Shown: positions 1 through 8,775 of the stretch, piece by piece | Layout of the letters: every line of letters starts with the position of its first letter | How positions within the stretch are numbered: the stretch's first letter is position 1 | Source of the DNA: a bacterium | GTDB taxonomy: Bacteria > UBP7 > UBA6624 > JBBIMK01 | Direction of reading: 5' to 3' | NCBI GenBank assembly: GCA_037444445.1 | Contig: JBBIMK010000002.1 | Coordinates: 90,001-122,000 of the forward strand | Length of the DNA stretch: 32,000 bases | Notes under the pieces: model-generated | What the model saw: the letters and a program-made list of their open reading frames with translations, nothing else | Database searches by the model: none | Told to the model about the DNA's origin: nothing | Translations under genes and position numbers: made by a program

Positions 1-814
1 TTTTGTAGACCCGATGGCCAAATCCCATAATTTTCTTTTTGGTGGCGAAGGCATTGGCGAGCCAGGGTTCAACATTTTCAATAGAGCCGATTTCCTGGAG
101 CATACGCATCACCTGCTCGTTAGCACCTCCATGGAGAGGACCTTTCAGAGTATCAATTCCTGTGACGATAGCCGAGTATAGGTCGGCGAGAGTGGATATA
201 GTAACGAGGGAAGCAAAGGTGGAAGCATTCATCCCGTGTTCGGCATGGAGAATAAGGCAGACATCAAATATGTGGGTGTCTTCGGCATCCGGTTGCTTTC
301 CGTGCATCATATAAAGGAAGTTACCCGCGTGAGAGAGGTCAGTTCTCGGAGGGACAAACTCTTTGCCTTCCCGGTATCGGTGGAAAGCAGCGGTGATAGT
401 GGACAATTTTGCTGTCATCCGTATGGCTTTCCGGAGGTTTGCCTCCGGGTTCATCGTCTCAGTCTCCGGGTCAGTCATTCCAAGGTAACCAATCGCCGTG
501 CGAAGTGCATCCATGGGATGGGCTCTCCTGGGGAAATGGTAGATGAGGTCTACCAGTTCCCCTGGAATTTCTCGGTTAGTCTTTAAAAGATGATCCAGTT
601 CCTCCAGTTCAGTTTTAAGAGGCATTCGTTTGTGCCACAGGAGGTAGCAAACCTCCTCAAAAGTGCTATTCTGAGCCAGGGTCTGAATAGGGTATCCGCA
701 GTAGATGAGTCGTCCTCCCGTGCCGTCCACCAGGCTGAGAACGCTTCTGGCCGCAATCACGCCTTCCAGGCCTTTGGAAAATTCGGCTTCCGCTGTTTTC
801 ACTGCTTCTGGCAT
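1..814 (-). CDS. gltA: citrate synthase, N-terminal 271 codons (3' end runs off the left edge of the window)
   Basis: Absent from the ORF track because it is edge-truncated. Minus-strand translation from the ATG (812-814) reads MPEAVKTAEAEFSKGLEGVIAARSVLSLVDGTGGRLIYCGYPIQ...DTLKGPLHGGANEQV...KKIMGFGHRVYK. This carries the citrate synthase signatures GLEGV, HGGAN and GFGHRVYK. Strong SD AAGGAGGTGG on the minus strand at 821-830. Confidence 0.9.
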   Translation of the reverse strand, partial: MPEAVKTAEAEFSKGLEGVIAARSVLSLVDGTGGRLIYCGYPIQTLAQNSTFEEVCYLLWHKRMPLKTELEELDHLLKTNREIPGELVDLIYHFPRRAHPMDALRTAIGYLGMTDPETETMNPEANLRKAIRMTAKLSTITAAFHRYREGKEFVPPRTDLSHAGNFLYMMHGKQPDAEDTHIFDVCLILHAEHGMNASTFASLVTISTLADLYSAIVTGIDTLKGPLHGGANEQVMRMLQEIGSIENVEPWLANAFATKKKIMGFGHRVYK

Positions 815-975
815 TTTTTACCACCTCCTTATGTTTTCATCCAGTGTATTACCTTACACGATTTTGAGAGAAAAACAAGAGAGATATGTCATTTTGAAAT
901 GTGACTTATATCATACTCCTACTATCAGATTTAAAGTTTCATTACACAGTGGTGGATGCTGGGAGAAAGAGGGGC

Positions 976-1004
976 TTGACCCTGAACGAAAAAATGAATA
1001 TTCT
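976..1004 (+). promoter_or_regulatory. putative sigma-70 type promoter for the glutamate dehydrogenase gene
   Basis: TTGACC (976-981), 17-nt spacer, TATTCT (999-1004), about 45 nt upstream of the gdh ATG, in the 235-bp divergent intergenic region. Pattern match only. Confidence 0.4.
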
Positions 1005-1049
1005 TATATCGCTATTCAGAAAAAAAAATTTCAGGAGGTGTGTTAAAGA

Positions 1050-2306
1050 ATGGCGGTAGGTGGAATTAACCCGTGGGAAGTGGCGCTGAAGCAATTTCAT
1101 GATGCCGCTGAAATCATGGGATTGGATGATGATTTACGGCGGGTGCTCAGCACCTGCAAGCGAGAGCTCACGGTGAACTTTCCCGTGAAGATGGATGATG
1201 GGCGTATTGAGGTGTTTTCCGGCCACAGAGTTCAACACAATATTGCGCGGGGTCCGGCGAAGGGAGGCATTCGCTATGCACCGGATGTGACCCTGGATGA
1301 GGTGAAAGCCCTGGCGATGTGGATGACCTGGAAAACGGCAGTGGTGGGAATCCCTTATGGAGGCGCCAAAGGAGGTGTGGTGTGCAATCCGAAGAAAATG
1401 AGTCTGGGGGAGCTGGAAAGGCTTACCCGCCGATACGCCACGGAAATCTCTGTTATTATCGGACCTGAAAAGGACATCCCTGCCCCCGATGTGAACACTA
1501 ACCCCCAGGTAATGGCATGGATTATGGACACTATTTCCATGCATCAGGGTTATTCCATTCCTGGGGTGGTAACGGGAAAACCTCTGAACATCGGGGGAAG
1601 TCAGGGGCGATTTGAAGCCACTTCCCGTGGGGTTCTTTATACCACAATGGAAGCCATGGCACGCCGGGGTATCCCGGTGAAAGGGGCAAAAGTCTCCATT
1701 CAGGGATACGGAAATGCAGGTTCTATTGCGGCTCGGCTCTTCTCTGAGCAGGGTGCCATCATCGTTTCTGTCTCTGATTCCCAGGGAAGCATCATCAATT
1801 CCAAAGGATTAGATATAGCAGAAGTGAACAAGGTGAAAGCGGAGACCAAAACGGTGGTCAACTATAAGGATGCTGACAGAACCAAGGACACGAAGGCACC
1901 TCTCACGGTTCCCTGTGATGTATTGATACCGGCTGCACTGGAAAATCAGATAACAGCCGAGAATGCGGACCATGTGAAGGCGAAAATCGTCGCGGAAGCT
2001 GCCAATGGACCCACTACCCCTGAAGCGGATAAAATCCTGCACGATAAAAACATCCTCCTGATTCCTGACATTCTGGCAAATGCAGGAGGTGTGACCGTTT
2101 CTTACTTTGAATGGGTTCAGGACATCTATTCTTTCTTCTGGGATGAAACCCGGGTAAATCAGGAGCTGGAAAGAATTATGAAGAGGGCCTTTCAGCAGGT
2201 TTTTGCCATCGTGGATCAGAAAGGGGTTACGCCCCGGATGGCCGCCTATATACTTGCCATTGACCGCGTTGCACAGGCCACGAACACGCGGGGAATTTAC
2301 CCGTAA
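1050..2306 (+). CDS. gdhA: NAD(P)-dependent glutamate dehydrogenase (Glu/Leu/Phe/Val dehydrogenase family)
   Basis: 418-aa ORF with the family active-site region KGGIRY...PYGGAKGG and the Rossmann motif GYGNAGS. Length is typical of hexameric GDH. SD AGGAGG at 1033-1038. Confidence 0.92.
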   Translation: MAVGGINPWEVALKQFHDAAEIMGLDDDLRRVLSTCKRELTVNFPVKMDDGRIEVFSGHRVQHNIARGPAKGGIRYAPDVTLDEVKALAMWMTWKTAVVGIPYGGAKGGVVCNPKKMSLGELERLTRRYATEISVIIGPEKDIPAPDVNTNPQVMAWIMDTISMHQGYSIPGVVTGKPLNIGGSQGRFEATSRGVLYTTMEAMARRGIPVKGAKVSIQGYGNAGSIAARLFSEQGAIIVSVSDSQGSIINSKGLDIAEVNKVKAETKTVVNYKDADRTKDTKAPLTVPCDVLIPAALENQITAENADHVKAKIVAEAANGPTTPEADKILHDKNILLIPDILANAGGVTVSYFEWVQDIYSFFWDETRVNQELERIMKRAFQQVFAIVDQKGVTPRMAAYILAIDRVAQATNTRGIYP

Positions 2307-2392
2307 AATTGGCCACCGGGTAGAAGAGTGAAAAGTTTATTGTAGGCAGGGTGTTAACTCCTTATTCCTTTTAGAGGAGAACGCAAAGGGGG

Positions 2393-2421
2393 ACGATAGA
2401 AACCTGTCTGATTTCTATCGT
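2393..2421 (-). terminator. possible intrinsic terminator hairpin at the end of the PAP2 gene
   Basis: Perfect 10-bp inverted repeat ACGATAGAAA / TTTCTATCGT (2393-2402 and 2412-2421) with a 9-nt loop. It spans the PAP2 stop codon (2415-2417) and sits in the convergent gap with gdh. On the minus strand it is followed by CCCCCTTTGCGTTCTCC, which is only a moderate U tract. Confidence 0.3.
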
Positions 2422-3116
2422 GCCCAGGTGAGGAAAAGGGTTTTGTCGGTAAAGGAGAGAAGAGGGAATTTTTTGTGATGGCGGACCCAGCGGGCAACTT
2501 CAGTGGATAGAAAGGCGGAAGTGAGGGTGTCGCTTGCCCAGTGAGCATCTTTATTTAAGCGGGAGTAGGCGACAAGAACAGCCAGGCCATAACCGAGGGC
2601 TTTCACCTCGTGGGGATATTCCTGGGCATAGGCGGAGGCAATAGCAAAGGCCATGGCCGTGTCTCCGGAGGGGAAAGAGTCTTTATGAGAGAAGGGATGG
2701 AAATGGCGGGCACCCATTTTTTCCAGGGGACGGGCTCTCCCGGTAGCCCATTTTGTTCCTACGGTGATACCTCCTGCAATGAGCATATTTTTCAGCGCAT
2801 TTCTGGAGGCACGAACCAGGCGTTCTTTCCCCGTTTTCTTGCCGTAATAATAGAGGGCACCCGTTAAAGGGAACAAAACCTCGCCACGCCCCAAATTGCC
2901 GACGACGCGTGATAAATCGTCGGTGCCGCCGGTGCGATTTTTCTGCACGAGCGTCCTAACCCGGTTATCCGACGAATACGCAACTCCGAGAGAAAACAAA
3001 AATGTCCATATTTTTGTTTCTCGCCTGGATAATTGTGAAAATGGGTCAGCCTCTGCCGGGAGGGCGAACCTGCAAATGACGAAAGAAAGCAGGAAAATAT
3101 TTTTCCACCCTTTCAT
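2415..3116 (-). CDS. PAP2-superfamily (type 2 phosphatidic acid phosphatase-like) membrane/secreted phosphatase
   Basis: Three PAP2 motifs are present: KWATGRARP (KxxxxxxRP), PSGD (variant of PSGH) and SRLNKDAHWASD (SRxxxxxHxxxD). I trimmed the start to the ATG at 3116 (MKGWKNIFLLSFVICRFALPAEA, signal-peptide-like) with SD AGGAGA upstream. The longer ORF start at 3203 would overlap larB. Confidence 0.8.
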   Translation of the reverse strand: MKGWKNIFLLSFVICRFALPAEADPFSQLSRRETKIWTFLFSLGVAYSSDNRVRTLVQKNRTGGTDDLSRVVGNLGRGEVLFPLTGALYYYGKKTGKERLVRASRNALKNMLIAGGITVGTKWATGRARPLEKMGARHFHPFSHKDSFPSGDTAMAFAIASAYAQEYPHEVKALGYGLAVLVAYSRLNKDAHWASDTLTSAFLSTEVARWVRHHKKFPLLSFTDKTLFLTWAR

Positions 3117-3144
3117 CCTTGCTTGAATATCTCCTCTTCTCACT

Positions 3145-3897
3145 CTATGCTTGAACTTTGGTGATAAGAGCGGCGAGATACCCGGCACCGAAGCCATTGT
3201 CAATGTTCACAACCGCCACGCCAGAGGCACAAGCATTGAGCATGGTCAGAAGGGCAGAAAGACCTTGAAAACTGGCTCCGTAGCCTGTGCTGGTGGGGAC
3301 AGCGATGACGGGTACACTGACCAGACCAGCGACGATACCGGGCAGTGCACCCTCCATTCCCGCTACCACGATAATCACTCGGGCTTTTTCCAGTTTCTCC
3401 ATTGAGGCGAGGAGACGGTGAATTCCTGCCACTCCCACATCATACAGTGTATCTACGGAACAACCCATGGCTCTGGCTATCAGCATGGATTCTTCCGCGA
3501 CAGGGATATCCGAAGTTCCAGCAGTCACCACCAGCACCCGTCGTTTTGGGCTGGCTTTGGGGAATTTTCCCACCCAGAGAAATCGGGATGTCTCATGATA
3601 TTCCGCGGTAGGGATATGCTTCTTCACAGCCCGGGACATAGGTGGGTCTACCCGGGTGACTATCACCAGAGGGTGAAGTCTCACCAATTTCTTCACGATA
3701 GTTACTACCTGTGATGGGGATTTCCCTTGCCCGAAGATAACCTCCGGATAACCTTTGCGGAGGGTCCGATGGGTATCAATGCGAGCAAATCCCACATCCT
3801 GATAAGGAAGATGCTTGAGAAACCGGAGAGCATCCGGTATGGAAGTCTGACCTTTTTTCACTTTCTTCAGCAGGGTTTCAATACCCTTGGAGTTCAA
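3145..3897 (-). CDS. larB: LarB-type pyridinium-3,5-biscarboxylic acid mononucleotide synthase (NPN cofactor biosynthesis; PurE/AIR-carboxylase-like fold)
   Basis: 250-aa ORF with a PurE-like C-terminal half (VLVVTAGTSDIPVAEE...VIIVVAGMEGALPGIVAGL...VIAVPTSTGYG) and the roughly 100-aa N-terminal extension typical of LarB rather than PurE. The TTG start (3895-3897) shares 2 nt with the etfA TGA stop. Confidence 0.8.
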   Translation of the reverse strand: MNSKGIETLLKKVKKGQTSIPDALRFLKHLPYQDVGFARIDTHRTLRKGYPEVIFGQGKSPSQVVTIVKKLVRLHPLVIVTRVDPPMSRAVKKHIPTAEYHETSRFLWVGKFPKASPKRRVLVVTAGTSDIPVAEESMLIARAMGCSVDTLYDVGVAGIHRLLASMEKLEKARVIIVVAGMEGALPGIVAGLVSVPVIAVPTSTGYGASFQGLSALLTMLNACASGVAVVNIDNGFGAGYLAALITKVQA

Positions 3898-4886
3898 ACT
3901 TTTGGGACCAATCCCTTTTGTTTGATTTTCTCGATAAGTGCGGGAACAACCTGATACAGGTCGCCCACAATTCCATAATCTGCTATTTGGAAGATGGGGG
4001 CATTTTTATCTTTATTGATTGCCACGATAACCTCTGCATTCTGCATCCCTGCCCGATGCTGGACAGCACCGGAGATTCCACAGGCGATATACAATTTTGG
4101 ACGCACGGTTTTGCCCGTCTGTCCCACCTGGTGGTCGTATGAAATCCATCCCAGGTCCACGACCGCTCTGGAAGCACCGATTTCTCCACCCAGAATGGAG
4201 GCAAATTCCTGGAGGAGTTTGAAACCGTCCGGTGAGCCGAGCCCGCGGCCCCCCGCTACAATGATGCTCGCCTCTTCCAACTGGACAGATTTTCTTTCTG
4301 TCCTCTTGATTTCCACCAGCGTCTCCCACTGGGGCACAGAAGCCGCATCCAGTGGGATGACTTCAGCGAATTCCGGCGAGGCAGAGGGCGAAGGTGCAGG
4401 ATAGGAACCGCTCTGGAAGATAAGAACAACGGGAAGTTTTTGTGCTTCCGCCTGTATCCAGTATTTTCCACCAAAGTTGGATTTCCCGAAAAGAACCTGT
4501 GAATTTACCATAGCCACAGTAGCCACATTAGCGATCAGCCCGGCGTCCAGCGCCTGTGCGGTGCGTGCTCCTACTTCCCTTCCGAAAAGGGAGTCCGGGA
4601 AAAGGAGGAAAGAGGGGGAATATTTCCGGCTTGCTTCAGCCACCGTTCGTGAAAAAACAGCGGGACGAAATGCTTTGAACGCTGCATGAAAACTCGTATA
4701 AACCTTCGTTATTCCGCGCTGGGAAAGGTCTGAAACCCAATCTTCATCGGTCTCTGCCATCAATACCCCTGCCACAGGGTTACCCGTTTTCCTGGATAAT
4801 TCCATTCCTGCTCCCAGCAGAGATAAACTGCTACCCGTGAGCCGTCTGTTTTGGATTTCTAAAATGCCCCAGATTTCACCTGTCAT
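3894..4886 (-). CDS. etfA: electron transfer flavoprotein, alpha (large) subunit
   Basis: 330-aa ORF. The C-terminal FAD-binding region (IIVAGGRGLGS...GASRAVVDLGW...QVGQTGKTVRPKLYIACGISGAVQHRAGM) is characteristic of EtfA/FixB. There is no N-terminal ferredoxin domain. Confidence 0.9.
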   Translation of the reverse strand: MTGEIWGILEIQNRRLTGSSLSLLGAGMELSRKTGNPVAGVLMAETDEDWVSDLSQRGITKVYTSFHAAFKAFRPAVFSRTVAEASRKYSPSFLLFPDSLFGREVGARTAQALDAGLIANVATVAMVNSQVLFGKSNFGGKYWIQAEAQKLPVVLIFQSGSYPAPSPSASPEFAEVIPLDAASVPQWETLVEIKRTERKSVQLEEASIIVAGGRGLGSPDGFKLLQEFASILGGEIGASRAVVDLGWISYDHQVGQTGKTVRPKLYIACGISGAVQHRAGMQNAEVIVAINKDKNAPIFQIADYGIVGDLYQVVPALIEKIKQKGLVPKV

Positions 4887-4889
4887 ACC

Positions 4890-5687
4890 TTACCCCGTCT
4901 TTTTTTCCAGAACCCCTCTTTCCGCCAGGCGGTTTAATAATTTATCCGCAATATCAGGAATTTCCCCCTCCAGGATTTCTGGGGTTTTCTTCATCTCTCT
5001 TTTCTGGACAGAAATCAAATGCACTCCAGAACCTGATTTTCCGATGAGTTCCGGGGATAGATTCAAGGAAGTGGCCTCCGGAGTGTCCACTTCTTTCATA
5101 GCGGCTTCTAAGATTCCCTGCACAGAAGCCAGGCGTGCTTTCACCAGATGCCTTTGCACAGTGATGACGGCGGGCAGAGTTACATCTAACACATAGATTT
5201 CGTCGCCATAGCGTTTTTCCAGGTGGATTTTTCCCTCATTGATTTCTCCAATACCTTCGGCGTAAGTGATGCAGGGCAAGTTCAGGGCTTCTGCGATGCG
5301 AGGCCCCATTTGTCCTGCATTTCCATCGGCTGAGCGGAGGCCTGTTAAAATCAAATCGTAAGAACTTTTCTGTAGAGCCGCTGTCAGGGTTCTGGCGGTG
5401 GCAAGTCCATCGCTCCCTCTGAACTCTTCTCCCTGGATGTGAATAGCTGAATCCGCACCCATAGCCAGCAATTCTCTCAACATATCCTCTGCCAGGGGAG
5501 GAGCCAGAGTAATCAGAACGACTTCTGCACCGTATTTATCTTTCATTTGAAGGGCCACTTCCACAGCCGCAATATCATCGGCATTGAGTGTGCCCGGTGC
5601 TTTTTCTCTTACAATCCTGCTTTCAGAAAGGTCATACTCCACATCCGTCGTATCCGGCACATTCTTAACTAAAACGGCAATTTTCAC
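4890..5687 (-). CDS. etfB: electron transfer flavoprotein, beta (small) subunit
   Basis: 265-aa ORF with a GTG start. The N-terminus MKIAVLVKNVPDT and the central RSADGNAGQMGPRIAE segment are typical of EtfB/FixA. Its stop lies 3 nt before the etfA start. Confidence 0.9.
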   Translation of the reverse strand: MKIAVLVKNVPDTTDVEYDLSESRIVREKAPGTLNADDIAAVEVALQMKDKYGAEVVLITLAPPLAEDMLRELLAMGADSAIHIQGEEFRGSDGLATARTLTAALQKSSYDLILTGLRSADGNAGQMGPRIAEALNLPCITYAEGIGEINEGKIHLEKRYGDEIYVLDVTLPAVITVQRHLVKARLASVQGILEAAMKEVDTPEATSLNLSPELIGKSGSGVHLISVQKREMKKTPEILEGEIPDIADKLLNRLAERGVLEKKTG

Positions 5688-5774
5688 TTCCCTCTTACCT
5701 CTTGCGAATTGAAGTATGAGTCGTTGTGAAGGAAGAGAAAACTCGTCGGGGTTATGATGCTTTCACTCAGTAAC

Positions 5775-7031
5775 CTATCCCTCATATTTTTTGAAGATAA
5801 GGATGGCGTTGTGCCCACCGAAGGCGAAAGCGTTATTCATGGTGATACGAATATCCTTTTTACGGCTTACATTGGGCACATAATCCAGGTCACATTCGGG
5901 GTCAGGGTGCTCATAGTTAATGGTGGGAGGAATAATTCCGTGGTGAAGAGCCAGGACGCAGGCAACGGATTCCACCCCACCGGCTGCTCCTAACAGATGT
6001 CCGTGCATGGATTTCGTGGACGAGATAGGAATACGATAAGCATTTTCTCCGAACACTTCTTTGATGGCCAGAGTTTCTGTCTTGTCGTTATAAGGTGTGG
6101 AAGTTCCGTGGGCATTGATATATTCCACTTCTGAGGGGACCAGGCCTGCGTCCTGCAAACAAAGTCTGATGGCCTGAGCGGCACCTGCACCACAGGGGTC
6201 TGGAGCGGTGATGTGGTATGCATCAGAAGTAAGGGCATATCCGAGAATTTCCGCGTAAATGCGAGAGCCTCTTTTCTCGGCATGGGAAAGTTCCTCCAGC
6301 ACCAGCGTTCCTGCTCCATCGCCCATAACAAAGCCATCTCGTTTCAGGTCAAATGGACGGCTGGCTTTTTCCGGAGTGCCATTGTAGTTGGTGGACAGGG
6401 CTTTCATATTGCTGAACCCTGCCAGACCCATCATGGTGATAGCGGCCTCTGCTCCCCCGCAGATGAAAACATCTGCAATTCCTGCCTGTATAAATTTGAA
6501 GGCTTCTCCTATGGCTGTAAGTCCGGTAGAACAAGCGGTAGTTACTGTATTGGAGTATCCCCGAATTCCCTGGAGAATGCTCAACCATCCACTTAACAGA
6601 TTGATGATGACCTTCGGGATAAAGAAGGGGGTCACCCGGTTAGGACCTCGTTCAAAAAGAGTGCGGGCTTCAGATTGATAATGTTCCAACCCTCCGATTC
6701 CGCTTCCGCAAAGAATCCCTACACGATATGGGTCTTCTTTCGCCATATCTAAATTCGCATCGTGGATGGCTTCCATGGCGGACCAAACCCCGAATTGACA
6801 GAATCGGTCCATCTGATTGGCTTGCCGGGGTGGGATATAGGGTTCCGGTGTAAAATTCAAGACCTCTGCCCCGACTTGGCAGGGAAGGTTATCCACTGGA
6901 AATCTTTGAATTCGTCTGATTCCAGATTTTCCAGCCACCAGAGCGTCCCAGAGGTGTTTATACCCTTGCCCAAAGGTAGTCACAGCCCCTAAGCCGGTAA
7001 CCACCACGCGCCGCTTTGAGTGGTTATTCAT
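5775..7031 (-). CDS. fabF: 3-oxoacyl-[ACP] synthase II
   Basis: 418-aa ORF. It has the KAS II hallmarks VVVTGLG, TACSTG (active-site Cys), INAHGTST and SSTKSMHGHLLGAAG, ending NAFAFGGHNA. Confidence 0.93.
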   Translation of the reverse strand: MNNHSKRRVVVTGLGAVTTFGQGYKHLWDALVAGKSGIRRIQRFPVDNLPCQVGAEVLNFTPEPYIPPRQANQMDRFCQFGVWSAMEAIHDANLDMAKEDPYRVGILCGSGIGGLEHYQSEARTLFERGPNRVTPFFIPKVIINLLSGWLSILQGIRGYSNTVTTACSTGLTAIGEAFKFIQAGIADVFICGGAEAAITMMGLAGFSNMKALSTNYNGTPEKASRPFDLKRDGFVMGDGAGTLVLEELSHAEKRGSRIYAEILGYALTSDAYHITAPDPCGAGAAQAIRLCLQDAGLVPSEVEYINAHGTSTPYNDKTETLAIKEVFGENAYRIPISSTKSMHGHLLGAAGGVESVACVLALHHGIIPPTINYEHPDPECDLDYVPNVSRKKDIRITMNNAFAFGGHNAILIFKKYEG

Positions 7032-7070
7032 AATTTTTAACTCCCTTTTTGAATTGATTCTTCCTTTTCT

Positions 7071-7820
7071 TCAAGACATATAGCCTCCACCATTGATGTG
7101 GAGAGTATTACCAGTAATATAACTGGCTTCTTCCGAGGCTAAAAAGACCACGGCACCTGCGACTTCAGAAGGCTTTCCAAAGCGTCCCAGGGGAATGGCT
7201 TTAATCACAACATCCACAAACCGTTCCTGAAGGTCGCGAGTAAAATCTGTCTCTATGAGACCGGGGGCAATCAAGTTGGCTGTGATACCTTTAGGGGCTA
7301 ATTCTCGGGCAAGAGAATGGGTAAATCCGACCAATGCCATCTTGGAAGCCGTGTAATTCGTTTGACCCGGACTGCCCACAAAGGGCCCCAGTGAGGTTAC
7401 ATTGATGATGCGCCCCCACTTTTTTTTCAGCATATAAGGAATCACAGCCTTGGTTACATAATAGGTGCTGTACAGGTTAACTTGAATCACTTTATCCCAC
7501 TTTTCATCTGTCATTCGCACGAAGAGTTCATCACTACGAATTCCCGCGTTATTCACCAATATGTCCACTCCCTGAAAAGTATTCACTACTTTTGCCACCA
7601 GTTTTTCTGCCTCCTCTTTTTTTGATACATCCGCCTGAAAGATTTCTGCTTTTCCACCCCGCTGGAGGATGGTGTCTTTCACTTCTCGTGCTTGCTGGCT
7701 TTCCTTGAGGTAATTGATGGCCATGGTTGCACCCGCGGATGCCAGCGCCAGACACATGGCGCGTCCGAGGCCTCTGGACCCCCCCGTAACCAGTGCAATT
7801 TTCTCATCAAGCCTGAACAT
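7071..7820 (-). CDS. fabG: 3-oxoacyl-[ACP] reductase (SDR family)
   Basis: 249-aa ORF with TGGSRGLG (cofactor binding), NNAG and YxxxK (YTASKMA). Its position between fabD and fabF supports the call. Confidence 0.9.
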   Translation of the reverse strand: MFRLDEKIALVTGGSRGLGRAMCLALASAGATMAINYLKESQQAREVKDTILQRGGKAEIFQADVSKKEEAEKLVAKVVNTFQGVDILVNNAGIRSDELFVRMTDEKWDKVIQVNLYSTYYVTKAVIPYMLKKKWGRIINVTSLGPFVGSPGQTNYTASKMALVGFTHSLARELAPKGITANLIAPGLIETDFTRDLQERFVDVVIKAIPLGRFGKPSEVAGAVVFLASEEASYITGNTLHINGGGYMS

Positions 7821-8775
7821 GGGCTTCCAAAGCCTTCAGAACCCTTTGCATTTCCTCCACACGGCTTACGCCATAACTTTTTTTACCCGGGAAAATAGCG
7901 CGGTTAAAACCTTGAAGCACTTTACCGGGTCCAACTTCAATGAATATGTCGGCATCCAGAGATGCGAGTCGATGCATCCCTTGCCACCACCGGACTGGAT
8001 GGTATATCTGTTTTCGGAGGAGTTCCGGGATGATTGCAGGGGAAGGATAAAAATCTGCCAGCACATTAGAAATGACGGGAAATTCCAATGTATTGGGTGT
8101 TCCAGAATAATTCCATAAAAGTTTTTGAAGATGGACATGCCAGAGTTTCTCGGCGGCGGGTTGCATCAAAGAGGAATGGAACGGTGCGCTAACTTTCAAC
8201 GGGATGACTCTTTTCACGCCATAGGCAGAAGCTTGCAGGCAGGCAATGTCCACTGCCGCAGCCTCACCAGAAATGACGGTTTGTTCGGGTGTGTTGTAGT
8301 TCGCGGGTTCCACCACACCATGGATGGAGGAATCCCGGCACAGAGTTTCCACATTTTCCGATGAGGCACCCAGTAAAGCGGCCATTTTGCCCGCACCGAA
8401 GGGCACTACCTCTTGCATAAATTTTCCCCGGTCCCGGGTGATTTCTACCCCTGTAGGGAAAGAAATAGCCCCGGCTACGGTGAGCGCTGTATACTCTCCC
8501 AGGCTATGCCCTGCTGTGAAATCGGGTTGAAGGCCATGGGATTTCAACACCCGGGCAATCGCATAAGAAAGGGTATAAATGGCAGGTTGAGTGATTTCTG
8601 TCCTCATCAGAGTATCTTCAGAACCTTCAAAACATATTTGGGATAGCGGGATATTCAGAATATCTTCTGCTTGTTGAAAATAGCGTTTCACTTCTGGGAA
8701 TGCTTCATAAAAATCTTTCCCCATTCCCGGGAACTGGGAGCCCTGCCCTGGGAAGAGAAAGGCAAGTTTACCCAT
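7807..8775 (-). CDS. fabD: malonyl-CoA:ACP transacylase
   Basis: 322-aa ORF with the N-terminal FLFPGQGSQ and the nucleophile elbow GHSLGEY. It overlaps fabH by 8 nt and fabG by 14 nt. Confidence 0.92.
   Translation of the reverse strand: MGKLAFLFPGQGSQFPGMGKDFYEAFPEVKRYFQQAEDILNIPLSQICFEGSEDTLMRTEITQPAIYTLSYAIARVLKSHGLQPDFTAGHSLGEYTALTVAGAISFPTGVEITRDRGKFMQEVVPFGAGKMAALLGASSENVETLCRDSSIHGVVEPANYNTPEQTVISGEAAAVDIACLQASAYGVKRVIPLKVSAPFHSSLMQPAAEKLWHVHLQKLLWNYSGTPNTLEFPVISNVLADFYPSPAIIPELLRKQIYHPVRWWQGMHRLASLDADIFIEVGPGKVLQGFNRAIFPGKKSYGVSRVEEMQRVLKALEAHVQA

Noticed and set aside
39-1046. Plus-strand ORFs 39-314, 236-586, 590-904 and 705-1046.
   Set aside because: All lie antisense to, or overlap, the clearly recognisable citrate synthase CDS (1-814, minus strand) and its promoter region. 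No motifs and no SDs were found.
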